Positions 1-12,900 of a DNA stretch of 64,000 bases are shown here, piece by piece; the stretch's first letter is position 1, and each line of letters opens with the position of its first letter. Origin of the DNA: Fimbriosthenelais zetlandica. Its lineage: Eukaryota. The position numbers and the translations under genes were made by a program. Under the pieces are notes generated by a model. It was not told the DNA's origin. It was given only the letters and a program-made list of their open reading frames with translations, and ran no database searches. The DNA lies in assembly GCA_977030845.1 (NCBI GenBank), contig OZ365118.1, positions 22,382,001-22,446,000 on the forward strand, read 5' to 3'.

Positions 1-130
1 TCTAACCCAATGATAGAGCGTACAGTTACATCTAACCCAATGATAGAGCGTACAGTTACATCTAACCCAATGATAGAGCGTACAGTTACATCTAACCCAA
101 TGATAGAGCGTACAGTTACATCTAACCCAA
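1..130. repeat. 30-bp minisatellite (tctaacccaatgatagagcgtacagttaca), >4 copies, cut by window start
   Basis: Identical unit at 1, 31, 61, 91, partial at 121. Confidence 0.95.
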
Positions 131-175
131 TCAGGGCTATCACTCAATTAGGTTCAATATGTATTACTAATGTAT

Positions 176-265
176 GTACGGTGTATTCTGTACGGTGTAT
201 TCTGTACGGTGTATCCTGTACGGTGTATCCTGTACGGTGTATTCTGTACGGTGTATTTTGTACCG
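176..265. repeat. 14-bp minisatellite (gtacggtgtattct) ~6 copies
   Basis: Directly visible; lies just upstream of the tatcttttcag acceptor ending at 284. Confidence 0.9.
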
Positions 266-310
266 TATATCTGTATCTTTTCAGTTGCTGAATGAAGACA
301 ATATAAAAGA

Positions 311-917
311 ATGGCAGAGAGGTTACCAGAAGGGGTGAGAGTAGAGAGTGAGGTCGGGGGCATGGCAGGGAGAATGGTAGGACAGACAGAAGGAAGGACA
401 GAAGGGATGAGAGTAGAGAGTGAGGTCGGGGGCATGGCAGGGAGAATGGTAGGACAGACAGAAGGAAGGACAGAAGGGATGAGAATAGACAGTGAGGTCG
501 GGGGCAGGGCAGGGAGAATGGTAGGACAGACAGAAGGAAGGACAGAAGGGATGAGAGTAGAGAGTGAGGTCGGGGGCATGGCAGGGAGAATGGTAGGACA
601 GACAGAAGGAAAGACAGGAGGGATGAGAGTAGAGAGTGAGGTCGGGGGCATGGCAGGGAGAATGGTAGGACAGACAGAAGGAAAGACAGGAGGGATGAGA
701 GTAGAGAGTGAGGTCGGGGGCATGGCAGGGAGAATGGTAGGACAGACAGAAGGAAGGACAGGAGGGGTGAGAAGAGAGAATGAGGAGCGAGGCCGGGTGC
801 ATTTTGTGCCTAACATAGAGCAGAAAAAGAGGAGGACACCTAAATGGATCCTCATCTTCCTGTGCGGCATCGTCCTCTTCATTATAGCTATCGTGGTCCT
901 GGCACTCACACTCACCG
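311..917 (+). CDS. First coding exon: cytoplasmic repeats plus signal-anchor TM helix
   Basis: KKRRTPK followed by WILIFLCGIVLFIIAIVVLALTLT (positive-inside rule gives N-in type II topology); donor ACC G|gtaatc at 918. Confidence 0.85.
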
Positions 918-3900
918 GTAATCTTTATAATTATTTTATACATTTGAGTCTCCTTCAGTTTGAACAATGAAAGAAATCAAACAATTATGAGCAAAATCGA
1001 ATCATCGTCATACAGTAGAATGATCATTTAATTTCCAGGCAAGGATAAGACGGTATCTACCGGTGGAACGGGTGCAGCTCTTACAGGGACAGGCACCTTG
1101 CCAGGTGCACAGCCTCCTCCCCTCCAATTCCCAGTTTTACCAAGTGTCACTAGAACAAACCAGCAAACCCAAGGTAAGACAATGTCATGAGACATTTCTA
1201 TCTTGTGACATTCTGACACAGGCATAAAAAGGGGATTCACCCCTACTGCTGGCACATTAACTAACTGAGCTCGCTTTTATTTCAGCTACTTTCCTCTTGG
1301 AATGTGAAGAACCACGGGATAGCAATGGTAACATCGCCAAGGTTAGTGACCTTTGTTGGTTGGACGATTCTACACTCATGCTAACTCAAAAGTCTGCTCA
1401 ACGTGTCATCCACATCCACATCGAGTGGGAGAACTTGGCATGTACACACGATATAGTCGACTCAGGCTTCACACCTGAAAGTATCACCTGCTCACATTCA
1501 AGAGAAATCTATGTGACAGACAGCGACAAAGTGGTGAGAATCTACAAGCATCACGACAAAACAACCTGGATACCTCAAAGTGCAGCAGACATCCATTCTG
1601 TACATGTTATAGGTGATCGTTACTTTGTCACAGCTGAGACAGGACCAGTCTACGTTTATAACAAGGCCAGACAGTTGGAGAGGACTCTGCCCATTGGTAC
1701 TGGCCAGTGTAAATTCGGCGATGTGCATATCAGAGAAGACGGGCTCTTTTTCGCTATTAATAGTGACCACCAACTTGTCTTATATAACCTGGTAGATTCT
1801 AACCTCGTTACAGTCGGGGGAAGTGGATCATCAGATGGTGATTTCAATTTACCTATAGGGGCTACAGCTGGCCCAGGTAGAACCATAATGGTCACTGATT
1901 TTATTAACAACAGAATCAGTGTCTTCTCAGATGATGGTCAATTCCTACAGCAGTTGCAGCAAGTTGGCTCTGGCACCACTTTCAGCCAGCCCTGGGCTAT
2001 TGCCTACCGACCATATTCAGGCAGTTACACCTCTGGACATCTGGTTCTCTCTCATCTTCAATACATCAGATTTTATGAGGTATCTACTACAAGTCCATCT
2101 CTACCAGGGACAGGCACCTTGCCAGGTGCACAGCCTCCTCCCCTCCAATTCCCAGTTTTACCAAGTATCACCAGAACAAACCAGCAAACCCAAGGTAACA
2201 CATACTTTCTCCCTTAACTCATAAATACTGCTTAATTAAATCATATTGCCCATCAAGGCTACTGCTGGTACATTATCTAACTGAGCTCACTTTTATTTCA
2301 GCTACTTTCCTCTTGGAATGTGAAGAACCTCGGGATAGCAATGGTAACATCGCCAAGGTTAGTGACCTTTGTTGGTTGGACGATTCTACACTCATGCTAA
2401 CTCAAAAGTCTGCTCAACGTGTCATCCATATCCACATCGAGTGGGAGAACTTGGCATGTACACACGATATAGTCGACTCAGGCTTCACACCTGAAAGTAT
2501 CACCTGCTCACATTCAAGAGAAATCTATGTAACAGACAGCGACAAAGTGGTGAGAATCTACAAGCATCACAACAAAACAACCTGGATACCTCAAAGTGCA
2601 GCAGACATCCATTCTGTACATGTTATAGGTGATCGTTACTTTGTCACAGCTGAGACAGGACCAGTCTACGTTTATAACAAGGCCAGACAGTTGGAGAGGA
2701 CTCTGCCCATTGGTACTGGCAAGTTCAACTTGAGAGATGTCCACATCAGAGAGGACGGCCTCTTTTTTGCCACTACTAGTGATGGCCATCAACTTGTCTT
2801 ATATAACCTGGTAGATTCTAACCTCGTCACAGCTGGAGGACTTGGATCATCAGATGGTGATTTCAATTCACCTATAGGGGCTACAGCTGGCCCAGGTAGA
2901 ACCATAATGGTGAGTGACTATAACAACAACAGAATCAGTGTCTTCTCAGATGATGGTCAATTCCTACAGCAGTTGCAGCAAGTTGGTTCTGGCACCACTT
3001 TCAGCCAGCCCTGGGCTATTGCCTACCGACCATATTCAGGCAGTTACACCTCTGGACATCTGGTTCTCTCTCATCTTCAATACATCAGATTTTATGAGGT
3101 ATTTACTACAAGTCCATCTCTACCATGGACAGGCACCTTGCCAGGTGCACAGCCTCCTCCCCTCCAATTCCCAGTCTTACCAAGTATCACCAGAACAAAC
3201 CAGCAAACCCAAGGTAAGACATACTTTCTCCCTTCACTCATAAATACTGCTTAATTAAATCATACTGCCCATCAAGTGGGGGCATTGGGGCTCCTGGAAG
3301 GCTACTGCTGGCACATTAACTGAGCTCGCTTTTATTTCAGCTACTTTCCTCTTGGAATGTGAAGAACCTCGGGATAGCAATGGTAACATCGCAAAGGTTA
3401 GTGACCTTTGTTGGTTGGATGATTCTACACTCATGCTAACTCAAAAGTCTGCTCAACGTGTCATCCACATCCACATCGAGTGGGAGAACTTGGCATGTAC
3501 ACACGATATAGTCGACTCAGGCTTCACACCTGAAAGTATCACCTGCTCACATTCAAGAGAAATCTATGTGACAGACAGCGACAAAGTGGTGAGAATCTAC
3601 AAACATCACAACAAAACAACCTGGATACCTCAAAGTGCAGCAGACATCCATTCTGTACATGTTATAGGTGATCGTTACTTTGTCACAGCTGAGACAGGAC
3701 CAGTCTACGTTTATAACAAGGCCAGACAGTTGGAGAGGACTCTGCCCATTGGTACTGGCCAGTTCAACTTGAGAGATGTCCACATCAGAGAGGACGGCCT
3801 CTTTTTCGCCACTACTAGTGATGGCCATCAACTTGTCTTATATAACCTGGTAGATTCTAACCTCGTCACAGCTGGAGGACTTGGATCATCAGATGGTGAT

Positions 3901-6900
3901 TTCAATTCACCTATAGGGGCTACAGCTGGCCCAGGTAGAACCATAATGGTGAGTGACTATAACAACAACAGAATCAGTGTCTTCTCAGATGATGGCCAAT
4001 TCCTACAGCAGTTGCAGCAAGTTGGCTCTGGCACCACTTTCAGCCAGCCCTGGGCTATTGCCTACCGACCATATTCAGGCAGTTACACCTCTGGACATCT
4101 AGTTCTCTCTCATCTTCAATACATCAGATTTTATGAGGTATCTACTACAAGTCCATCTCTACCAGGGACAGGCACATTGCCAGGTGCACAGCCTCCTCCC
4201 CTCCAATTCCCAGTTTTACCAAGTATCACCAGAACAAACCAGCAAACCCAAGGTAAGACATACTTTCTCCCTTAACTCATAAATACTGCTTAATAAAATC
4301 ATATTGCCCACCAAGGCTACTTCTGGCACATTATCTAACTGACCTCACTTTTATTTCAGCTACTTTCCTCTTGGAATGTGAGGAACCTCGGGATAGCAAT
4401 GGTAACATCGCCAAGGTTAGTGACCTTTGTTGGTTGGACGATTCTACACTCATGCTAACTCAAAAGTCTGCTCAACGTGTCATCCACATCCACATCGAGT
4501 GGGAGAACTTGGCATGTACACACGATATAGTCGACTCAGGCTTCACACCTGAAAGTATCACCTGCTCACATTCAAGAGAAATCTATGTGACAGACAGCGA
4601 CAAAGTGGTGAGAATCTACAAACATCACAACAAAACAACCTGGATACCTCAAAGTGCAGCAGACATCCATTCTGTACATGTTATAGGTGATCGTTACTTT
4701 GTCACAGCTGAGACAGGACCAGTCTACGTTTATAACAAGGCCAGACAGTTGGAGAGGACTCTGCCCATTGGTACTGGCAAGTTCAACTTGAGAGATGTCC
4801 ACATCAGAGAGGACGGCCTCTTTTTCGCCACTACTAGTGATGGCCATCAACTTGTCTTATATAACCTGGTAGATTCTAACCTCGTCACAGCTGGAGGACT
4901 TGGATCATCAGATGGTGATTTCAATTCACCTATAGGGGCTACAGCTGGCCCAGGTAGAACCATAATGGTGAGTGACTATAACAACAACAGAATCAGTGTC
5001 TTCTCAGATGATGGTCAATTCCTACAGCAGTTGCAGCAAGTTGGCTCTGGCGCCACTTTCAGCCAGCCCTGGGCTATTGCCTACCGACCATATTCAGGCA
5101 GTTACACCTCTGGACATCTGGTTCTCTCTCATCTTCAATACATCAGATTTTATGAGGTATTTACTACAAGTCCATTTCTACCATGGACAGGCACCTTGCC
5201 AGGTGCACAGCCTCCTCCCCTCCAATTCCCAGTCTTACCAAGTATCACCAGAACAAACCAGCAAACCAAAGGTAAGACATACTTTCTCCCTTCTCTCATA
5301 AATACTGCTTAATTAAATCATATTGCTCATCAAGTGGGGGCATTGGGGCCCCGCTCCTGGAAGGCTACTGCTGGCACATTATCTAACTGAGCTCGCTTTT
5401 ATTTCAGCTACTTTCCTCTTGGAATGTGAAGAACCTCGGGATAGCAATGGTAACATCGCCAAGGTTAGTGACCTTTGTTGGTTGGACGATTCTACACTCA
5501 TGCTAACTCAAAAGTCTGCTCAACGTGTCATCCACATCCACATCGAGTGGGAGAACTTGGCATGTACACACGATATAGTCGACTCAGGCTTCACACCTGA
5601 AAGTATCACCTGCTCACATTCAAGAGAAATCTATGTGACAGACAGCGACAAAGTGGTGAGAATCTACAAACATCACAACAAAACAACCTGGATACCTCAA
5701 AGTGCAGCAGACATCCATTCTGTACATGTTATAGGTGATCGTTACTTTGTCACAGCTGAGACAGGACCAGTCTACGTTTATAACAAGGCCAGACAGTTGG
5801 AGAGGACTCTGCCCATTGGTACTGGCCAGTTCAACTTGAGAGATGTCCACATCAGAGAGGACGGCCTCTTTTTCGCCACTACTAGTGATGGCCATCAACT
5901 TGTCTTATATAACCTGGTAGATTCTAACCTCGTCACAGCTGGAGGACTTGGATCATCAGATGGTGATTTCAATTCACCTATAGGGGCTACAGCTGGCCCA
6001 GGTAGAACCATAATGGTGAGTGACTATAACAACAACAGAATCAGTGTCTTCTCAGATGATGGTCAATTCCTACAGCAGTTGCAGCAAGTTGGCTCTGGCG
6101 CCACTTTCAGCCAGCCCTGGGCTATTGCCTACCGACCATATTCAGGCAGTTACACCTCTGGACATCTGGTTCTCTCTCATCTTCAATACATCAGATTTTA
6201 TGAGGTATCTACTACAAGTCCATCTCTACCAGGGACAGGCACCTTGCCAGGTGCACAGCCTCCTCCCCTCCAATTCCCAGTTTTACCAAGTATCACCAGA
6301 ACAAACCAGCAAACCCAAGGTAAGACATACTTTCTCCCTTCACTCATAAATACTGCTTAATTAAATCATATTGCCCATCAAGTGGGGGCATTGGGGCTCC
6401 TGGAAGGCTGCTGCTGGCACATCATCTAACTGAGCTCGCTTTTATTTCAGCTACTTTCCTCTTGGAATGTGAAGAACCTCGGGATAGCAATGGTAACATC
6501 GCCAAGGTTAGTGACCTTTGTTGGTTGGACGATTCTACACTCATGCTAACTCAAAAGTCTGCTCAACGTGTCATCCACATCCACATCGAGTGGGAGAACT
6601 TGGCATGTACACACGATATAGTCGACTCAGGCTTCACACCTGAAAGTATCACCTGCTCACATTCAAGAGAAATCTATGTGACAGACAGCGACAAAGTGGT
6701 GAGAATCTACAAACATCATAACAAAACAACCTGGATACCTCAAAGTGCAGCAGACATCCATTCTGTACATGTTATAGGTGATCGTTACTTTGTCACAGCT
6801 GAGACAGGACCAGTCTACGTTTATAACAAGGCCAGACAGTTGGAGAGGACTCTGCCCATTGGTACTGGCCAGTTCAACTTGAGAGATGTCCACATCAGAG

Positions 6901-9900
6901 AGGACGGCCTCTTCTTTGCCACTACTAGTGATGGCCATCAACTTGTCTTATATAACCTGGTAGATTCTAACCTCGTGACAGCTGGAGGACTTGGATCATC
7001 AGATGGTGATTTCAATTCACCTATAGGGGCTACAGCTGGCCCAGGTAGAACCATAATGGTGAGTGACTATAACAACAACAGAATCAGTGTCTTCTCAGAT
7101 GATGGTCAATTCCTACAGCAGTTGCAGCAAATTGGCTCTGGCGCCACTTTCAGCCAGCCCTGGGCTATTGCCTACCGACCATATTCAGGCAGTTACACCT
7201 CTGGACATCTGGTTCTCTCTCATCTTCAATACATCAGATTTTATGAGGTATTTACTACAAGTCCATCTCTACCAGGGACAGGCACCTTGCCAGGTGCACA
7301 GCCTCCTCCCCTCCAATTCCCAGTTTTACCAAGTATCACCAGAACAAACCAGCTAACCCAAGGTAAGACATACTTTCTCCCTTCACTCATAAATACTGCT
7401 TAATTAAATCATATTGCCCATCAAGTGGGGGTATTGGGGCTCCTGGAAGGCTACTGCGGGCACATTAACTGAGCTAGCTTTTATTTCAGCTACTTTCCTC
7501 TTGGAATGTGAAGAACCTCGGGATAGCAATGGTAACATCGCCAAGGTTAGTGACCTTTGTTGGTTGGACGATTCTACACTCATGCTAACTCAAAAGTCTG
7601 CTCAACGTGTCATCCACATCCACATCGAGTGGGAGAACTTGGCATGTACACACGATATAGTCGACTCAGGCTTCACACCTGAAAGTATCACCTGCTCACA
7701 TTCAAGAGAAATCTATGTGACAGATAGCGACAAAGTGGTGAGAATCTACAAACATCACAACAAAACAACCTGGATACCTCAAAGTGCAGCAGACATCCAT
7801 TCTGTACATGTTATAGGTGATCGTTACTTTGTCACAGCTGAGACAGGACCAGTCTACGTTTATAACAAGGCCAGACAGTTGGAGAGGACTCTGCCCATTG
7901 GTACTGGCCAGTTCAACTTGAGAGATGTCCACATCAGAGAGGACGGCCTCTTCTTTGCCACTACTAGTGATGGCCATCAACTTGTCTTATATAACCTGGC
8001 AGATTCTAACCTCGTCACAGCTGGAGGACTTGGATCATCAGATGGTGATTTCAATTCACCTATAGGGGCTACAGCTGGCCCAGGAAGAACCATAATGGTG
8101 AGTGACTATAACAACAACAGAATCAGTGTCTTCTCAGATGATGGTCAATTCCTACAGCAGTTGCAGCAAGTTGGCTCTGGCGCCACTTTCAGCCAGCCCT
8201 GGGCTATTGCCTACCGACCATATTCAGGCAGTTACACCTCTGGACATCTGGTTCTCTCTCATCTTCAATACATCAGATTTTATGAGGTATCTACTACAAG
8301 TCCATCTCTACCAGGGACAGGCACCTTGCCAGGTGCACAGCCTCCTACCCTCCAATTCCCAGTTTTACCAAGTATCACCAGAACGAACCAGCAAACCCAA
8401 GGCAAGACATACTTTCTCCCTTCACTCATAAATACTGCTTAATTAAATCATATTGCCCATCAATTTGGGGCATTGGGGCTCCTGGAAGGCTGCTGCTGGC
8501 ACATTATCTAACTGATCTCGCTTTTATTTCAGCTACTTTCCTCTTGGAATGTGAAGAACCTCGGGATAGCAATGGTAACATCGCAAAGGTTAGTGACCTT
8601 TGTTGGTTGGACGATTCTACACTCATGCTAACTCAAAAGTCTGCTCAACGTGTCATCCATATCCACATCGAGTGGGAGAACTTGGCATGTACACACGATA
8701 TAGTCGACTCAGGCTTCACACCTGAAAGTATCACCTGCTCACATTCAAGAGAAATCTATGTGACAGACAGCGACAAAGTGGTGAGAATCTACAAACATCA
8801 CGACAAAACAACCTGGATACCTCAAAGTGCAGCAGACATCCATTCTGTACATGTTATAGGTGATCGTTACTTTGTCACAGCTGAGACAGGACCAGTCTAC
8901 GTTTATAACAAGGCCAGACAGTTGGAGACGACTCTGCCCATTGGTACTGGCCAGTTCAACTTGAGAGATGTCCACATCAGAGAGGACGGCCTCTTCTTTG
9001 CCACTACTAGTGATGGCCATCAACTTGTCTTATATAACCTGGTAGATTCTAACCTCGTCACAGCCGGAGGACTTGGATCATCAGATGGTGATTTCAATTC
9101 ACCTATAGGGGCTACAGCTGGCCCAGGTAGAACCATAATGGTGAGTGACTATAACAACAACAGAATCAGTGTCTTCTCAGATGATGGTCAATTCCTACAG
9201 CAGTTGCAGCAAGTTGGCTCTGGCACCACTTTCAGCCAGCCCTGGGCTATTGCCTACCGACCATATTCAGGCAGTTACACCTCTGGACATCTGGTTCTCT
9301 CTCATCTTCAATACATCAGGTTTTATGAGGTATCTACAACTGGTGCCTCTGCAGCTCTCCCTGGGCCAGGTACCGGACTAGGTAAAACGCCAATAACTAG
9401 TACAACAATGCCAGGTAAGACTCTAATGAATAGCACAACCAAAATGCCAAGCACGACTGCAATGCCAAGCACGACTCCAATGCAAAGCACAACTGCAATA
9501 CCTAGCACAACTGCAATGCCAAGCACCAATCCAATGCCTAGCACCAGTCCAATGCTTAGCACAACTCCAATGCTAAGCACCACTACAAAGCCAAGCACCA
9601 GTCCAATGCCTAGCACCAGTCCAATGCCAAGCACCACTCCAATGCCTGGCACCATCCCAATGCTTAGTACAGCTTCTATGTCTAATGCAACCTTAATGCC
9701 AAATACAACTGCAATGCCTAGCACAACTGCAATGCCTAACACAACTGCAATGCCTAATACAACTGCAATTCCTATTACAATGTCAATGCCAAATACAACC
9801 TTAATGCCAAATACAACTGCAATGCCTAGCACAACTGCAATGCCTAACACAACTGCAATTCCTATTACAATGTCAATGCCAAATACAACCTCAATGCCAA

Positions 9901-12900
9901 ATACAACTGCAATGCCTACTACAATCTCAATGCCCAATATAACCTCAATGCCAAATATAACCTCAATGCCAAATACAACTGCAATGCCTACTACAATCTC
10001 AATGCCTAATACAACCTCAATGCCCAATATAACCTCGATGCCCAATATAACCTCAATGCCAAATACAACTGCAATGCCTACTACAATCTCAATGCCCAAT
10101 ATAACCTCAATGCCAAATATAACCTCAATGCCAAATACAACTGCAATGCCTACTACAATCTCAATGCCTAATACAACCTCAATGCCCAATATAACCTCGA
10201 TGCCCAATATAACCTCAATGCCAAATACAACAGGAATGCCTAATACAACAGCAATGCCTAATACAACTGCAATGCCTACTACAATCTCAATGCCCAATAT
10301 AACCTCAATGCCTAATACAACTGCAATGCCTACTACAATTTCAATGCCCAATATAACCTCAATGCCTAATACAACTGCAATGCCTACTACAATTTCAATG
10401 CCAAATACAACTGCAATGCCTAATACAACTGCAATGCCTAATACAACTGCAATGCCTACTACAATCTCAATGGCCAATATAACCTCAATGCCAAATATAA
10501 CCGCAATGCCTAATACAACTGCAATGCCTAATACAACTGCAATGCCTACTACAATCTCAATGCCAAATATAACAGCAATGCCTAATACAACTTCAATGCC
10601 TACAACAACCTCAATGCCCAATATAACCTCAATGCCAAATATAACCGCAATGCCTAATACAACTGCAATGCCTACTACAATCTCAATGCCCAATATAACC
10701 TCAATGCCAAATACAACTGCAATGCCTACTACAATCTCAATGCCAAATTCAACTGCAATGCCTACTACAATCTCAATGCCCAATATAACCTCAATGCCAA
10801 ATATAACCTCCATGTCAAATACAACTGCAATGCCTACTACAATCTCAATGCCCAATATAACCTCAATGCCAAATACAACTGCAATGCCTACTACAATCTC
10901 AATGCCCAATATAACCTCAATGCCAAATACAACTGCAATGCCTACTACAATCTCAATGCCAAATTCAACTGCAATGCCTACTACAATCTCAATGCCCAAT
11001 ATAACCTCAATGCCAAATATAACCTCCATGTCAAATACAACTGCAATGCCTACTACAATCTCAATGCCCAATATAACCTCAATGCCAAATACAACTGCAA
11101 TGCCTAATACAACTGCAATGCCTACTACAATCTCAATGCCAAATACAACTGCAATGCCTACTACAATCTCAATGCCAAATACAACTGCAATGCCTACTAC
11201 AATCTCAATGCCCAATATAACCTCAATGCCAAATATGACCTCCATATCAAATACAACTGCAATGCCTACTACAATCTCAATGCCCAATATAACCTCAATG
11301 CCAAATACAACTGCAATGCCTACTACAATCTCAATGCCCAATATAACCTCAATGCCTAATACAACTGCAATGCCTAATACAACCTCAATGCCTAATACAA
11401 CCTCAATGCCAAATACAACTGCAATGCCTACTACAATCTCAATGGCCAATATAACCTCAATGCCAAATAAAACCGCAATGCCTAATACAACCGCAATGCC
11501 TAATACAACCGCAATGCCTAATACAACCTCAATGCCCAATACAACTGCAATGCCTACTACAATCTCAATGCCCAATATAACCTCAATGCCAAATATAACC
11601 GCAATGCCTAATACAACCGCAATGCCTAATACAACAGCAATGCCTAATACAACTGCAATGCCTACTACAATCTCAATGTCAAATACAACTACAATGCCTA
11701 ATACAACCTCAATGCCAAATACAACTGCAATGCCTACTACAATCTCAATGCCCAATATAACCTCGATGCCAAATACAACTGCAATGCCTACTACAATCTC
11801 AATGCCCAATATAACCTCAATGCCCAATATAACCTCAATGCCTAATGCAACTGCAATGCCTACTACAATCTCAATGCCAAATATAACAGCAATGCCAAAT
11901 ACAACTGCAATGCCTAATACAACCTCAATGCCAAATACAACTGCAATGCCTACTACAATCTCAATGCCCAATATAACCTCAATGCCAAATACAACTGCAA
12001 TGCCTACTACAATCTCAATGCCCAATATAACCTCAATGCCAAATACAACTGCAATGCCTACTACAATCTCAATGCCCAATATAACCTCAATGCCCAATAT
12101 AACCTCAATGCCTAATGCAACTGCAATGCCTACTACAATCACAATGCCAAATACAACTGCAATGCCTAATACAACCTCAATGCCCAATATAACCTCAATG
12201 CCAAATACAACAGGAATGCCAAATACAACTGCAATGCCTGCTACAATTTCAATGCCAAATATAACCTCAATGCCAAATACAACTGCAATGCCTACTACAA
12301 TCTCAATGCCCAATATAACCTCAATGCCAAATACAACGGCAATGCCTACTACAATCTCAATGCCCAATATAACCTCAATGCCTAATACAACTGCAATGCC
12401 TACTACAATCTCAATGCCAAATACAACTGCAATGTCTAATACAACTGCAATGTCTACTACAATCTCAATGCCCAATATAACCTCAATGCCTAATGCAACT
12501 GCAATGCCTACTACAATCTCAATGCCAAATATAACAGCAATGCCAAATACAACTGCAATGCCTAATACAACCTCAATGCCAAATACAACTGCAATGCCTA
12601 CTACAATCTCAATGCCCAATATAACCTCGATGCCAAATACAACTGCAATGCCTACTACAATCTCAATGCCCAATATAACCTCAATGCCCAATATAACCTC
12701 AATGCCTAATGCAACTGCAATGCCTACTACAATCTCAATGCCAAATATAACAGCAATGCCAAATACAACTGCAATGCCTAATACAACCTCAATGCCAAAT
12801 ACAACTGCAATGCCTACTACAATCTCAATGCCCAATATAACCTCAATGCCAAATACAACTGCAATGCCTACTACAATCTCAATGCCCAATATAACCTCAA

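Noticed and set aside
1-130. CRISPR-like or telomeric array (also 41056-41720, 50671-51207)
   Set aside because: Head-to-tail repeats without unique spacers, no cas genes, eukaryotic context; not (TTAGGG)n.
292-306. 4-codon uORF (MKTI*) before the paralog 1 ATG
   Set aside because: Present, but too short and common to support a regulatory claim.
154-967. Minus-strand ORFs 154-915 and 323-967
   Set aside because: Shadows of the 72-bp coding repeat.
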